From: Psammoneis japonica
Lineage: Eukaryota
Length of the DNA stretch: 64,000 nt
Direction of reading: 5' to 3'
NCBI GenBank assembly: GCA_008632985.1
Contig: QPGO01000089.1
Location: 62,001-126,000, forward strand
The translations under genes were made by a program, and so were the position numbers. The notes beneath the pieces were generated by a model. That model worked only from the letters and a program-made list of their open reading frames with translations. It was not told the origin of the DNA and did not search any database. Shown in pieces: positions 1-12,508 of this stretch; position 1 is the stretch's first letter; every line of letters begins with the position of its first letter.

Positions 1-1760
1 CTGACCTCGCAGCAAGTTGCCAGCACGCACCAGCTCGCATTCCTTCCAAGGGTCGTCAAGGTCATTGCATCCTGTCATGCAAAAACGGGAGCAGCGTTGG
101 TGACAATTCTTCGCCGCACCTGCCCACAAGGCAGTCTCCGCTCTTTGCATCTCCATTGATTGGGATTGTGGTTGGAATTGCATGAAGGTGACGGATCTCG
201 TCGCCTCGTCGCACATGACATTTGAAGCCACCCAGCTCCATTGCGTTGAGCAAAGGCTGAAGCATGGTTTTCAAAACCTTGTGGTGCTCACAAAGACTTT
301 GCCCCTTTTCCGACTTGCGTGCATTGGACTGCTGTTTTGCTGCGGAAGAAGACATTTTTTCAAGGTCGGGAGTGCATCCAAGAACTCTCCACTTGGCTTT
401 GTCGTGCCACTGTTTGAAGGCAACATGCGCGGAGGTCACTGTCACGGGTTCTCCGCAAGAAGATCCCATCGAAGCTGTCTGTCCCGTCTTGTCTGCACAA
501 ACTGTCAAACATTCCAAGAACTGTTTTAGTGGATCCTTGACTCTAGCCGAATGCGTGCTCCTGCACCACTCTCGGCCAAGACGCATTTGTCATCCAAGCC
601 CTTGGCAACGCACATGCCAAAAGGATTGTGTGTGTCCGCAAGATTGCTTTTGTCAGCCCACGTGCAAGTGTCAAGCATGTGTGATTCCCGCACCTCTTGG
701 AAGTTCCATCTTGGAACCATTGCAGTTTTCTCTCCCGTTCGCCGCTTGGAGTTTCCAGGTTGACCGGTGTCATCTCTCGTTCAGGTCCGGGGAACGATTT
801 GGAAAGAGTTTCCATCAGTGCATTGCGACGAGGCATTTTGGTCCCGAGCTTGAATGTGATGCCGCAATGTCTTTCGACAAATCCCACAATGTCGTCGCAC
901 AGGTGGAGCGGCGCTCTGCAGTCATCTGTCAGCTTGCTCAACTCCACACAGGCCCCGTTTGGGTTGCTCAATGACGACAAGCTGGCAAAGGCTGCCTCGG
1001 CGGGGTGTTGGCAGATGTTGCCCAATTGGCTGTCATCCAACAGAGAGGAAATGTTCCCTTGGGACGCTTGCGTGTCATCCGCTGCATTGCTGTCTGGAAC
1101 ATCAATGGTGACGTCCGGTGGCGCGGTGAAAGAGTTTGCTTCTGTGTCGCTGCTTTCGTCTGAAAGCATCTCCAGTGACATGAAGTGACTGTCGTCCGGG
1201 CCACAAATGGAGGAGAGAGGGGATGTGTTGTCTTCAAATGCAGGTGACCATGGAGCGTCAGAAGGTGGTTCGGACGAACGGGTGGAACCAGCCATGCGGG
1301 CATTGGAAATGGAGGCCCCTCGTCTCGATCATCTCAATCCATGTGTGGAGGTGTCGTTGGATGACGAGGAAGAATCGAGTCCCGAGAAGCCATTGAATGC
1401 AATTTGCATTCCCAGAGTTGCTCCGCCTTCCAACCACTTTGACACAAGCATCGGGCAACAAGTTGGGTCCCGTGCACCTTGTGACGCCAAGTTGGACATT
1501 CGCGAGCGACAGAGAGACATTGTGGATTGCGATTTAAGTGACCGAGCATGCGCTGGAAGGAGCGATGGCAACAGGGACAGGTGGTTGCTTCTTTGCCCTT
1601 GTTTTTGGACTGAGGAAGTTCCATTTTGGTGTTTTGGTGGAAAGAAACAGCAAAGGATCGGCGAGAACATTGTGTCAATGGTTGCGGCTGAGGTTTGGTC
1701 GTGTGGACGGTGTGTGTTGTGAGGGTTGGCGGGAAACAAGACACGAAATTGGCGCGAAAA
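1..1760 (-). mobile_element. Degenerate Plavaka-like (CMC-related) transposase pseudogene, running off the window start
   Basis: Minus-strand fragments: an N-terminal Zn-finger-like CPCCHRSFQRMLGHLNRNPQC, then 'VCADKTG...EPVTVT...KWRVLGCTPDLE...HHKVLKTMLQPL...GDAKSGDCLVGRC'. This resembles the Plavaka pattern YxDKT...EP...WRxLGY.P...YH...GD..SGD.L.GRY with Tyr replaced by Cys/His. Several frameshifts. Confidence 0.6.
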
Positions 1761-1993
1761 TGGTGATCATTGATTTTTTTGCATTGATGAATGCTTTTGC
1801 AGTTGCCTGTCAAAAGAATGCGTTGGGACAATTGAACACTTTCGTGTTGTGTGACAAATGAGAATGCAAAAATTGCCAACGGAAAGGGAAGAGCAAGTTA
1901 GAACACAGTCTTTGGAACATTTTGTGATCACCACTCACTGTCAATTCTTTAACTTGCGCGCGCAGTGAAAAGGCACGCGTTGTTCCACGTCCG

Positions 1994-4883
1994 TCAGTTC
2001 CACCATTGGGACGGTGTCAACGCATCAAAAACAACACCCGTTGTGCCACAACAGCCGTGCGAGTGACGTGCACCATGGCTTCCATTGTCCAGAACGATTC
2101 GTTGCTGGCACGCTGGCCTGATGACTGCTGGAGGAAACTGGCTGAGGTGGAGAGCATGGGACAAGAAGCAAAAGAGGAAAAGATGGAGGCGGACTGCAGC
2201 GCAGCTAAAAAAGAGCCAGGTCGATGGTTGGGCACCGGCAGGAAGGAACCATCCAACACCCCTGCTTGCAAAGAGACTGCATGGACATGTGCAGTTTAAT
2301 TGGCTCGCACAGCAAAGTCGCGCGGTGACTTGGGCGGAGAGCCCGCAGATGTCGAAGAAATTTGGGCGATTCATTTGATGATCATGGAAAGAGATGAACG
2401 GACCATCAAGGAGAAATGGAAGGAACTGTGGGAAACCAAATGCAACATCATGAGCCGGGTGTGTGAGAACATGCATGAATGGACCAGGGAAGTGAGGGAA
2501 TGCATGCACGCTGCACAGGCCATGTTCTCCATTCACGACAAGGACGAGCATTCAGGTTTGATCATCGAGCGAGCGAGGAATGCTCACAAAACATGCCAGC
2601 ATTGGAACTTGCTGGCAACACACCCGGAGAGGCAGGGAGAACAGCACGCAGCAAGCGGTTGGTTAAACGACCCAAGCGATGAGCTGTTTGATGAGTTTGC
2701 AGCTGGATCAAGGGAGGGCGAGCTTCGTCTGGCGATTGACAAGCAAGATGTTGATTCATCAAGCAGGGAATCAACCCTCAGCTTGCCCACATGTGGAATG
2801 GACCAAAGCGGGAATTGCGGACCGCTCGCATTGGACAACGGTTTGGGAGATGTGTGCAAACTGGTTGTGGACCAAAAGGGCGTCGTGTTTGATGCAAGGA
2901 AGCTAGCGCATTTGTTTGAGCGACAAGTGGAGCGAGACGCACCTTGCAGGTTGTGGCGGTGTGACGAATTGGAGTTCTTTGAATTGACACCTGGGAAGGT
3001 TGACAGTTGGATCTTGGAAAAAATCGAGAAAATGGGCTTGGGTGTGGGGTCCTTTGGCCATTGTGACAATGAAGAGAACAGGAGACTACGGAGACAACAT
3101 CTAAAATGAAAAAGGAAACGATTCGTCGCAATCACGTCGAGCGTTTCGTTGGGTGTGTCAGTGAGGCAACCAGCGCGTTTGATCGCATGACTGATTGCTC
3201 ATGTGAGGGGAGGCAGCGATTTTGTCATTGTCCATTTAGAGGAGGATGCGATGGAAGAATTGGATTGGAGATCGTTTTTGGCACCGAGTTTCTGTTGGAG
3301 TGCGCATGGAGCATGGATGCAAACTTCTGACCTGCAGTGATCAATGTTCATGTGTGATTCTGCACAATTGAAAGTTTCAAATGCAATGATCTGGTTGCAC
3401 ATCAAAATTGTCATTGACATTTAATTGTGCAATTCAAATTGAACAATTGGTCACTTGAACTGAAACAAATGTAACCAAACATGTGGTTTTCAAAGTCAAA
3501 TGATAAAAATCACTGATTGTGATGATTTGGGAAAGATTTGACAGTTGACACACACAAGGATGGGGAAGGCATCACCATAAAGTGTCAGGAACAGGTTTGA
3601 AATTTTGCAAAGACAATTTTCCTCGGAAGAGCTGTTGCACTGCATGATTGCAGACAGGAGGAACTGACAGCGACACAATGAGTCGAGGACGATGGGAAGG
3701 AGGAAGAAAGCGGCTAAGACGGATGCTGCAGGGGCAGAGGGAGCGCCCCACAGCCCGAGGCTTGTGGCGGCATTGCAGCGGACGGGGGCTGCGGCGGATC
3801 ACAAGTCACTGAAGAGAGAGGTGGAAGAGGTGGCACGGAGAGAGCTGTTCCCAAAGGCGAAATTCCTCATGAAGGCGGACATGGCGAGTGGTGGCAAGGT
3901 GTCACGGCCAATGCGCAAAAACACAGCAGATGGCAAGTTCGGCAAGTGCAAATGGGCGGGATCATGGGAGGACTGGGCTAAAAAAGCGTGCTCAATGCGA
4001 TCAACGCGAAAAGAAACACCGTGTGTCAGACGACAATGAGGAGTGCGATGAGTGGCAAGTGAGGAGGAATGGAGCATTTCCGAAGCGAGAACAGAAAGTG
4101 GTGCCACTGACAACTTGCTCGTTTTTCTGCAGTCATCACAACAGAAAAACAAGCAGAGGAAATCCAAGAAAAAAAAAGAAAGAAGCAAGGAAGCAGAGAT
4201 CCGTAAAAAAGCGGAGACAGGACAAAGCTGACATTGAGGAAGAGTTCATTGCGACTTGGGAGGATGGGACAGTGGACACAATTGTGATGGAGAAGCGAAA
4301 GGACAGAGAGGCGCGCGCATGGCTCTACAACAACGTCCTAAAATTTGCGAAGAGCACTGCGATGTGGAGGAGGATGGCAGAGTCCGGAAGCACCAAGGCC
4401 ACAGATCTGGCCACTGCAAGCGACAAGGCGCTGGCCCTGTTGATGATGGAAAACTGCTGGAAGGTTTGGGAGTGCAAGAAGATGCAGGAGTTAGATGAGG
4501 AAGGGAGCGAAGAGGAAAAACCGGCTCCATTGCACACGGACCCGTTGCGACAGCGTGACTCTTGGAAGGATGAAAGAACAAAGCGCTTCAACGATTTGCC
4601 AAAGGAGGCAAAGGAAGACAGGGCAAGAGAGCACGGTGTGCATTTTGACACATGGCACACATGCAAAAAGAAAAAGGAGACCGAAGAAAAGGGAAAAAAG
4701 GCGAGAACCACTCAAGAGCCAGCGAAAATGGAGACGAGAACGCAGGCAACATTGGAACTTTCTAGTGATGACGAGGAGGACAAAGAAAAAATGGAGACAC
4801 CAGGTGGCAGAGAAGATGAGGAGGAAGATGAAGCCAGCCAGGAAGACAGTGACGGAAGTGGAGGAAATGAGAATCCAGTGTGA
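1994..4883 (+). mobile_element. Degenerate accessory ORFs of the same DNA-transposon relic
   Basis: Broken ORFs 2300-3109, 3692-4039 and 3888-4883. The last contains 'ASDKALALLMMENCWKVW', similar to the SDEAFALL..EN..W motif I associate with TE accessory proteins, plus an acidic tail. Same TpA-depleted composition as 1-1760; the block ends at ~5520. Confidence 0.45.
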
Positions 4884-5878
4884 GCAAATTGGAGGTGCAG
4901 GACGACCAGGACTGCAGCATTGACTTGGCATTGATTGAGCATTGATTGACAACAGATGCCAAAAAGCCACAGCGATGCGTCTTGGTTGATTGAGAAGAGC
5001 TGACTGAATTCATTGTGTTCGCCCCTTTAAATTGCAAAACTGTCACATGATGTGAAAATTGACAATGATGTTGATTGTCAGCAGCTGTGGTGAATGAAGG
5101 CACATGCCAAATGGGAAAAGAGGGGGGCATTTGCACAGTTGAGGTTTGCTCCCATGGACAAAAAGATGTCTCCACAGTTAAAAAAAATTGGCTGTCACAG
5201 ATTGAATTTTTTTGCCAGCTGCGCAACCAATGAGGTTTGAAACTGCCAAAAATTTTGTCTGTCAAAGAGACAAAAATCACAATGAAAAGACAAAGCCTGA
5301 TCACTGTGTTGCGCCCTCTGATGTTTCCACAGCTGTTTTGTGCGGAACTGCGGTCAATGGTCAGAGCAACAAACAGAATGACACCTCTTCAATCTGTTGA
5401 GTTGCGTTGGGCTGTTGGTGGAGAGGCATTCATGGCCCTCTTGCGTGCGCGGCTGGTTGCGTCGGTGTGAGGCTTGTTGGTGGTCGCGTTTCTTGACTGA
5501 AACACGTCATTTTGGCACATTGAGTCGAATTAGTCCATCTCGCAACTTTCTCGCGCCTATGTTGTATGACACCGGTAGCTTCTTCAGCCTGCGCGCTTTT
5601 CACGAGCCGGCCGGCTCGCAATGCTTTGTCGTCTGCCCGCCGCAAACAAACCAACAGCATGCACAGCGCACTGCAGCATACCGGTAACAACAGCAACAGC
5701 AGATGCCGGTAGATGCTAGATGCAACCAACGAACTCTTCTGGCGAGAGCAAAGAACAACGCCGAGCTTGTAAAGCAAAACAAAGATCTAAATAGTAGTAG
5801 AGGTCGTTCTCTTTTGAGGCGAAATCAAATGGCATGCTGATGCTTTCATAAGTGCAAAGAACCTCTAGACACACAAAG

Positions 5879-8088
5879 ATGGAAGAGCTTCAAGATGCTA
5901 TTGAAGATGCCCAGTACGTCAATGCGATCTCTACCGTAAACGATGGTCCAAGACCCGTGCTGCCATGGGAGAAACCGACAGAAGAACAACTGCAGGGATG
6001 GAAAGACAGAAAAAGAAGGTCTTACGAAAATGCTTTTAGCTTTGAATGGACGCTTCAACAAGCGCTCGGATTCTTCTTATTTTCGGCATTTCTCAAAGAG
6101 GAATCTCATGATTATGTTCGAATCAATTTCGTGGAAGAAGTCTTACGATGGCGTCGGCGAAAGTCAACACAGACTGCCAAACATATGTATGCGAGACAAT
6201 TGCACGCGACGCAAATTGCAAAATACTATTTGACCTACAACTACGATGGTGGTGCGACTCCTGTAGCACCACAAGACGAAGACGCACATGATGAAAAGCA
6301 GCTGCCGCCTCAGACGGAAATTGATGAATATGATCTGGAACGACCCCGCCGAATCTCGGTATATCAAAGGAAGAATTCACAAAGCTCTGCAAAGACAGCA
6401 TTGGATCGTACAAAAACTGTCCTGTTGGACTCGAAGGACCTATCCTGAACGATATACTGGACCTTTTGCAAGAGAAAGAGGACAGCGAACATTCACAGGG
6501 CGACGCAAATAAGAACTCCAACACACATGCCCCTCTCATTGCAAACTTGCCGGATGATGTATTCGACAAAGCTGAAGCGGTTGTAATGGAATCTCTAAGA
6601 CGAGATTATTGGCATAAGTTTCTCGAGTCAGAGCAATACGAAAAGTTGCTCAACTTTTTGTGGTACCAAGATCGACGAATTGTTCCGGAAGATTTCTTCA
6701 CCATGCGTGTGTTGGGACGTGGGGGGTTTGGACTTGTGACAGGTATGAACAAGTTGTTGAAAACAAACTTGCGTAGTTTTGCAGCTTTGCAATCTAACTC
6801 TGTTGTCTGTACTGTATTCCATGCTTTTTTCGGCTCTTCAGCGTGCAAGAAGGGTACTTCTGGAAAGCTCTATGCCATGAAGATTATGAGCAAGAAACGG
6901 ATAAAAATGAAGAAGGCGCAGGGCTTGGCTCTTCATGAACGTGCGGCTCTTGCTGCCGTTCAAAGTCCTTTTGTGGTGAATCTCAAGTATTCCTTCCATT
7001 CAAAAGATGATGTTTTCTTAATACTGGACCTCATGGCGGGTGAGTATTGCTTGCAGATTATCGATTCGTTCAGCTTTTCATGTTGCAAAACTATATTGAC
7101 AACGGATTTCTTCCTCTTTTCTTATTTGCGGCGTTTCATTCCAATAGGCGGAGATCTGGGATTTCATCTTCAGCAATGTCAGAAATTTGGATATCAGCAA
7201 TGCGTTTACTACGCTGCTCGAATTATGCTTGGGTTACAAGCCTTGCATGATAAAGGATACGTCTATCGAGATCTAAAGCCCGAAAATTGTCTATTGGCGG
7301 AGGACGGCCGTGTTAAATTAACCGATTTCGGACTAGCCACCACTGTGACGCCGCACTTGCACGGTGCGGCGGGAACACGAGGTTACTGGGCTCCCGAAAT
7401 GCTACGTAGAGATGCCAAGGGCAAACGCATGTCATATGGACACACGGTTGACTGGTTCAGCTTTGGATGTTGTGTGGCCGAGTTCATATCAGGAACAAAC
7501 CCATTTCGATCCGAAACAGCACTCAAGTTCGGGCGTGATCGTGGACACGAGAAAAAGGTAAGCATCGCATAAGGAACGGTGGCAACTCCTTCTATCCTCT
7601 AGGTGCTAACACTGCATGCTTCGTACCGATTATAGGAGAGTGCATTAGACTGTGCCACGTTGGAAATGGAGGTGACGTTTGACCCTGAACATTTCGACTC
7701 GTATGCTGCTGACTTTTGCTCGCGTCTTCTCGATAAAAATGAAAATACCCGACTTGGAACCAATGGAAGCGAAGAAATCATGTCGCATCCGTGGTTCGGG
7801 GGTGCAGATTGGGAAAAGATTATGTCAGACAGAAAGAAACCCCCATTTGTCCCCGCCACTGATGTCAACGCGGCCTCACAAAGTGAAATCGGCACGTTTG
7901 CGGAAGACAAAGCCTATAAAGAAACAATTATAACAGAAAAGGACGAAGAAACGTACAAGAATTGGGACTGGACTAATCCGCAGGCCTTCGCAGCTGAGGT
8001 GATCGAGTTTCTCATTTACGAAAGAGAAACTGGTGAGCCCCTTGTGCCACAGGATCTCGCTTCAGCTTGCTGCTGTGTGATTTCCTAG
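5879..8088 (+). CDS. G-protein-coupled-receptor-kinase-like AGC kinase (RGS domain + kinase), with an apparent -1 frameshift at 6344-6347
   Basis: N-terminal MEELQDAIEDAQYV resembles the GRK alphaN helix, followed by RGS-like 'LQQALGFFLFSAFLKEE...INFVEEV'. Kinase motifs LGRGGFG, YAMK, YRDLKPEN, DFG, GTRGYWAPE, DWFSFG. GT-AG introns 6743-6841, 7040-7147 and 7558-7635. C-terminus ACCCVIS is CaaX-like. Confidence 0.88.
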
Positions 8089-8638
8089 AGGCCAACTTTA
8101 CCAGTTCCGAAGGTGCACTTTACTCTATGGGGCGTTCTAAGCAGTAACGTAGAATCAAAGGACAGGTTTCTAGCACGTCCCAGTTTAATGTTTCGCAATC
8201 GTAGGTAGCGGTGCGGCAGCGACACCTTGCCGGGGCTTCTTCTGACTATTACGGCAGAGTAGATTAGATTTCGGTAACGGGTCACCCAGCGAAAGGGCAC
8301 CACGAAACAAGCCGCATGCCGATCCTTTTTGACTGTAACTTATGGAGATGTATCTCGCTCTGTGACTTTGTCTTTGGTCAATTATTCTATGCCTTGGCGG
8401 CAAACTACTATCAACTTGACTTTGTGTTTAAACATACTGCCTTTAAATTAGTCGAGTCATTCTTTGTCCAAGTCGGCCATGTGTGGTGGCTTCAATCCTT
8501 CGTGGGTTCTCGGATAGGATTTTGGGTCACATTGCTTGAGATTGACTAAAATCTCCAAGTTCTGATATGTGATAGAAAGCTTCTTTCGCCACAGTAACGG
8601 AAGGGCGGTTTATGAACAGGTCGCCACGCGTTGTTAGA

Positions 8639-11054
8639 CTACAAGCAATAGCAAGTCAAGCCACGATATCCAACATTTGATTCTCCAATCAATTTGGCTT
8701 CTCCTGTACGCTTGTTGATCTTGATCAATGATGACGGCCATGTTTCCCCATTTTCGTTGATGCCGCCAAAAAGGTCTCCGTCTGGTCCTATATCCGTACT
8801 ACCGAAGTTGTTCACTCTCGTAGGCTCTTGGCTAGTAACATTGGCAATGAACGTTGCTCTCCCCGATTCCATATCCAGCGTTACTAACTCGGAGTGACTG
8901 TTTCCGCCGGATACGCCAAACAAGTCACCTGATCCCAAATCGTATGTGAGACCAGGAAGGGATTCCATTCCTGTTGGACCGATGACTTTGAAAGTGGATT
9001 TGATAGAATCCTGCAATGCTAAAAAAGAGTTTCGTGGATTGGTTTTTCGTTTTACCCATGTCCCGAAAAGCCCCGAGTTTTCCACGAATTCTAATCCCGA
9101 TATAGGGCCCCTGATATGGGGAGGTTCAAACTGAACGAGGGATGCGTCCGAAGCATTGACTTGACTTATTACAGAGCCACCGCACTTCTCATTCAAAACG
9201 ATGTTCTTGCCCTCGTCGTATATTATTTCCGCAGAACATGTTGGGAGTCGTCCAACGAATTGACTTTGACCGGTATGAGGATCAACAATGAAGAGATTGT
9301 TTTTGTCAGAAGCGTAGAACCTGTTACCGCAAAGAGCGGAAATCTTCTCTCTGTCAACTTGTCGGACACATTTCATGATACTCTTTTGTGATTTCTTTGA
9401 GTAACTCCGTGCTGTCGGTGCTTTCCTGAGTTTCCTTTGGCGACCCTGCACACAACCCGTGAAACTGTAATCTTCCCCTTCGGCAACTCTCATGCGTGTC
9501 CGTTTGTCGCACTTCTTCAAAACGCCCGGCAAGAGGTCGCCGATTGAGCACCCATCTTCCGTCACAGTTACGTCTGACACACCGCTATCACAATCTTGAA
9601 TTTTGACAGTCGTATCCAATTTTGTGAAGGGGCACCTATCACAGGCTTCGCCAACGCCATCTCCATCTACATCTGGAGAGAATATTCGGATCTCGTAAGC
9701 TGCTTCCTCCTCTTCGTCCTCAGGTACACCCGCGTTATCAAAAACCCCAACCACGTACTGTCCTGTGAACGGAAGGGCTCTGATGTTGAGCTGAGCATCT
9801 CTAAATGGAGCATCTTCGCCACCGCAGGATTCAGGTGGTTCAAGCTCGTCATCTCCTGATCCCACAATCACGCCAGTGTTGAAGAAGAGGTAGAAGGCTG
9901 GATCCATGCCGCAGCTTATTCGAGTTACATTGATCTGAACCTCACGTCCTGCTTGTAGGTCTACTGACCAGTAATTCCAAAGATTAGGATCTCCAAGCGA
10001 CCGAAAGGGCACTTCGCCAACATCAGGGCTTCCATCACAACCCGTAATAACACCCTCGAATGCAATTCTCGTTTCATTGGTCTATTTTTTTTTTTAGCGA
10101 GAGAGGCGCGAGACTAGTGATGAGCTTTATGTCGAGCAAAAGGAGTAGCCATAGTTCGAGTTTGGTCTTACCTCTTGTGCAGGCGACTCCTGCGGTGGCG
10201 CCATCGGCAATGGCTTGAGATAATCAGGATGCCATGATGTCGGCGTTTCATCACAGGCATCGCCAATGCCATTCCCATCCGAATCTGGGGAGTTTACTCG
10301 GATCTCGTATGAGGCTTCCTCCTCATCATCCCCGAGTAGGCCCTTGTTATCGAATACTCCTATTACGTACCGTCCAGTGTAAGGAAGTGCTTGGATGTTG
10401 AGCTGGGCGTCTCCAAACGGAGATTTAAACCCACACCAACGAGGCTTATCAAGCTCGTCATCACCAGCTCCCACAATCACTCCTGTGTTTGAGAAGACGT
10501 AAAAGGCTGGATCCATGTTGCAGCTTGTTCGAGTAACATTGATCTGTAGCTTATGGCCCTCTTGAAGGTCTAAGGACCAATAGTTCCATTTGTATGTTTT
10601 CTCTAGTGACCGAAATGGCACTTCGCCTATATCAGGACTTCCATCACACCTAGTAATATTGCCCTCATAACGAATATATAATTCATTGGGCTTTTCGTTT
10701 TGATGCGATAGACATTGCAAATAACTGAGTATCGACCTTTGCATCAAGCAGAGCACCGTAGTCGCGACAGTAGACAGTACGAGGTACGACAAGTATGATC
10801 TTACCTTTTGAGCTGGCGATTCCCTTGGAAGCACAACTGGCAGCGGTTTGCGATAGTTCTGAGTCCATTCTGGTGGCTCTTCCAGCTTACGAATCTCTTG
10901 GAGTCTCGCAAGGCCGCCTACATCGTTCGAGGAGCAGCAACACGATGAGCAACGGAAATTGCAAGAAACCGGTTTAATAGTTACATACCCCTTGTCGATC
11001 ATCCTTACCTGGAATAATGCATATGACAAGAATCGTGCGAAAAAATGTTATCAT
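8639..11054 (-). CDS. Secreted protein with two tandem PPC-like beta domains, TSP3-like Ca-binding motifs and a C-terminal beta-propeller-like region
   Basis: Signal-like MITFFRTILVICIIP. Introns 11008-10918, 10804-10691 and 10171-10082 join ORFs 10127-11029 and 8639-10012. Repeated domain 'CDGSPD.GEVPFRSL...WNYWS.DLQ.G...QINVTR.SC.MDPAFY'; motifs DSDGNGIGDACD and DVDGDGVGEACD; repeated L..vD..TG.A..IG blades. Confidence 0.7.
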
Positions 11055-12508
11055 GATTGTGATATCTATTCCTTTGGGTGAGCGCTCTCACAATTTGACC
11101 GCCACTATCGCTAACCGATAACAGAGTCAAAGATCTAAGTCAGGCGTGCTAGTGCTCCTCTTTCTCGCGTTTTTTGTTTGTGCTATGCTGTGTAACAGAC
11201 TCTTCCTGGTTTGTAACGATTTGCCTTGTTGTATTGCAAACAACTATGGACTAGAAGGGCGTAGTAGAGAGAATTCGGCACTGAGAGTGTGTGAAAAGCG
11301 GGGAAACGTGAGAGTTTACCTCCACCAAAGACTCGCATGCGCAATGTCTCGCAACAAAGTCATTCGGAATGCTCGAAACACGAGAATGCCAACCATTGTG
11401 AAAAAATTAAGCCTCGTTATGACTTTCCAGTACCGATGATTCTATCATTGACATTCATCCCTGAGGAATGTAGCAGTGGCCAAAAATACCGAGACAAAAA
11501 TCAACACTATTTGTTTTCCAGATTGAAAATACACCTTCTGGTTTTGAGTCATAGTCATTTCTACAGAGTTTGTGTTATGGGAACAACAGGCGTATGTGTC
11601 GGGCAATAATAAAAAAGGCAACTCTTTCCATAATGTTTGCATGGTTATGACCCGTCAAGAATTTGGATTCCTCACAGGTAGGAGTGATACCCCACGAGTA
11701 CGACTACCGTTTAAAGTCATGATCAAGGCAGGGGCAGGAGATCCAGGGTGTGAAGACGGTGATGAAAGTTCGTGCGGTAGTAACAGGAAATTTCGGCACG
11801 ATGGTCGAGAGGAGCCGGTGTAGCTATCATAGAGTCTGGAACTCAAACATGTAAGACACGTCCGCAGCCGCATGTATCGCAAAGGAATTAAGGGATAATG
11901 TGCGGCCGCGAGCCGATGTCATAAGCATTCCTAGTGTGAACGGCTTCTGGAACGTCAGAAAACTACTCAGTAATGTCTGTTGGGCTACGCCGGAGGTAGC
12001 ACGTGTTCATTGTAATGCCCTAGAATGATTTCTTCTCGACATAGTACACGTACCATGACTGTAGCGAACGATGCAGATATACTTCGAGCAAGAGAGGTTG
12101 CAAATTCTGTTGCAGTGCACCGCTCTCCTGAGCAAGTTGAGCGGCACCTATACTCCTTCATTTACGAACAACGAGAGTGAAATTAGCTCTTGCCATCACC
12201 AAATGCGTTGGATGAAGCAATCCTCGCGGTAGATATGTGCTGTCAGCTTGCCAAGGGAATTAAGAACAGACATCTAGCACGGTGATACCCCAAAGTAGCG
12301 CCACTAGAACGTAGGTGCTGTTCCCCGTTCCGCTGATAGCAAATGTAAAAATGAAAAGCTCATCAATCCAGTCACCACTGTACAGAAAAGGGAGGACCTT
12401 CTCTAGAGAGAGCTAGCCGCTGTTCCACTTGTACGTTTCGTGGCCGGAAACGGAAGGCCTGTCGTTCAAATTCATTGAGATAAGGAGCGGAAGCTTCCCT
12501 TTTCTAGG

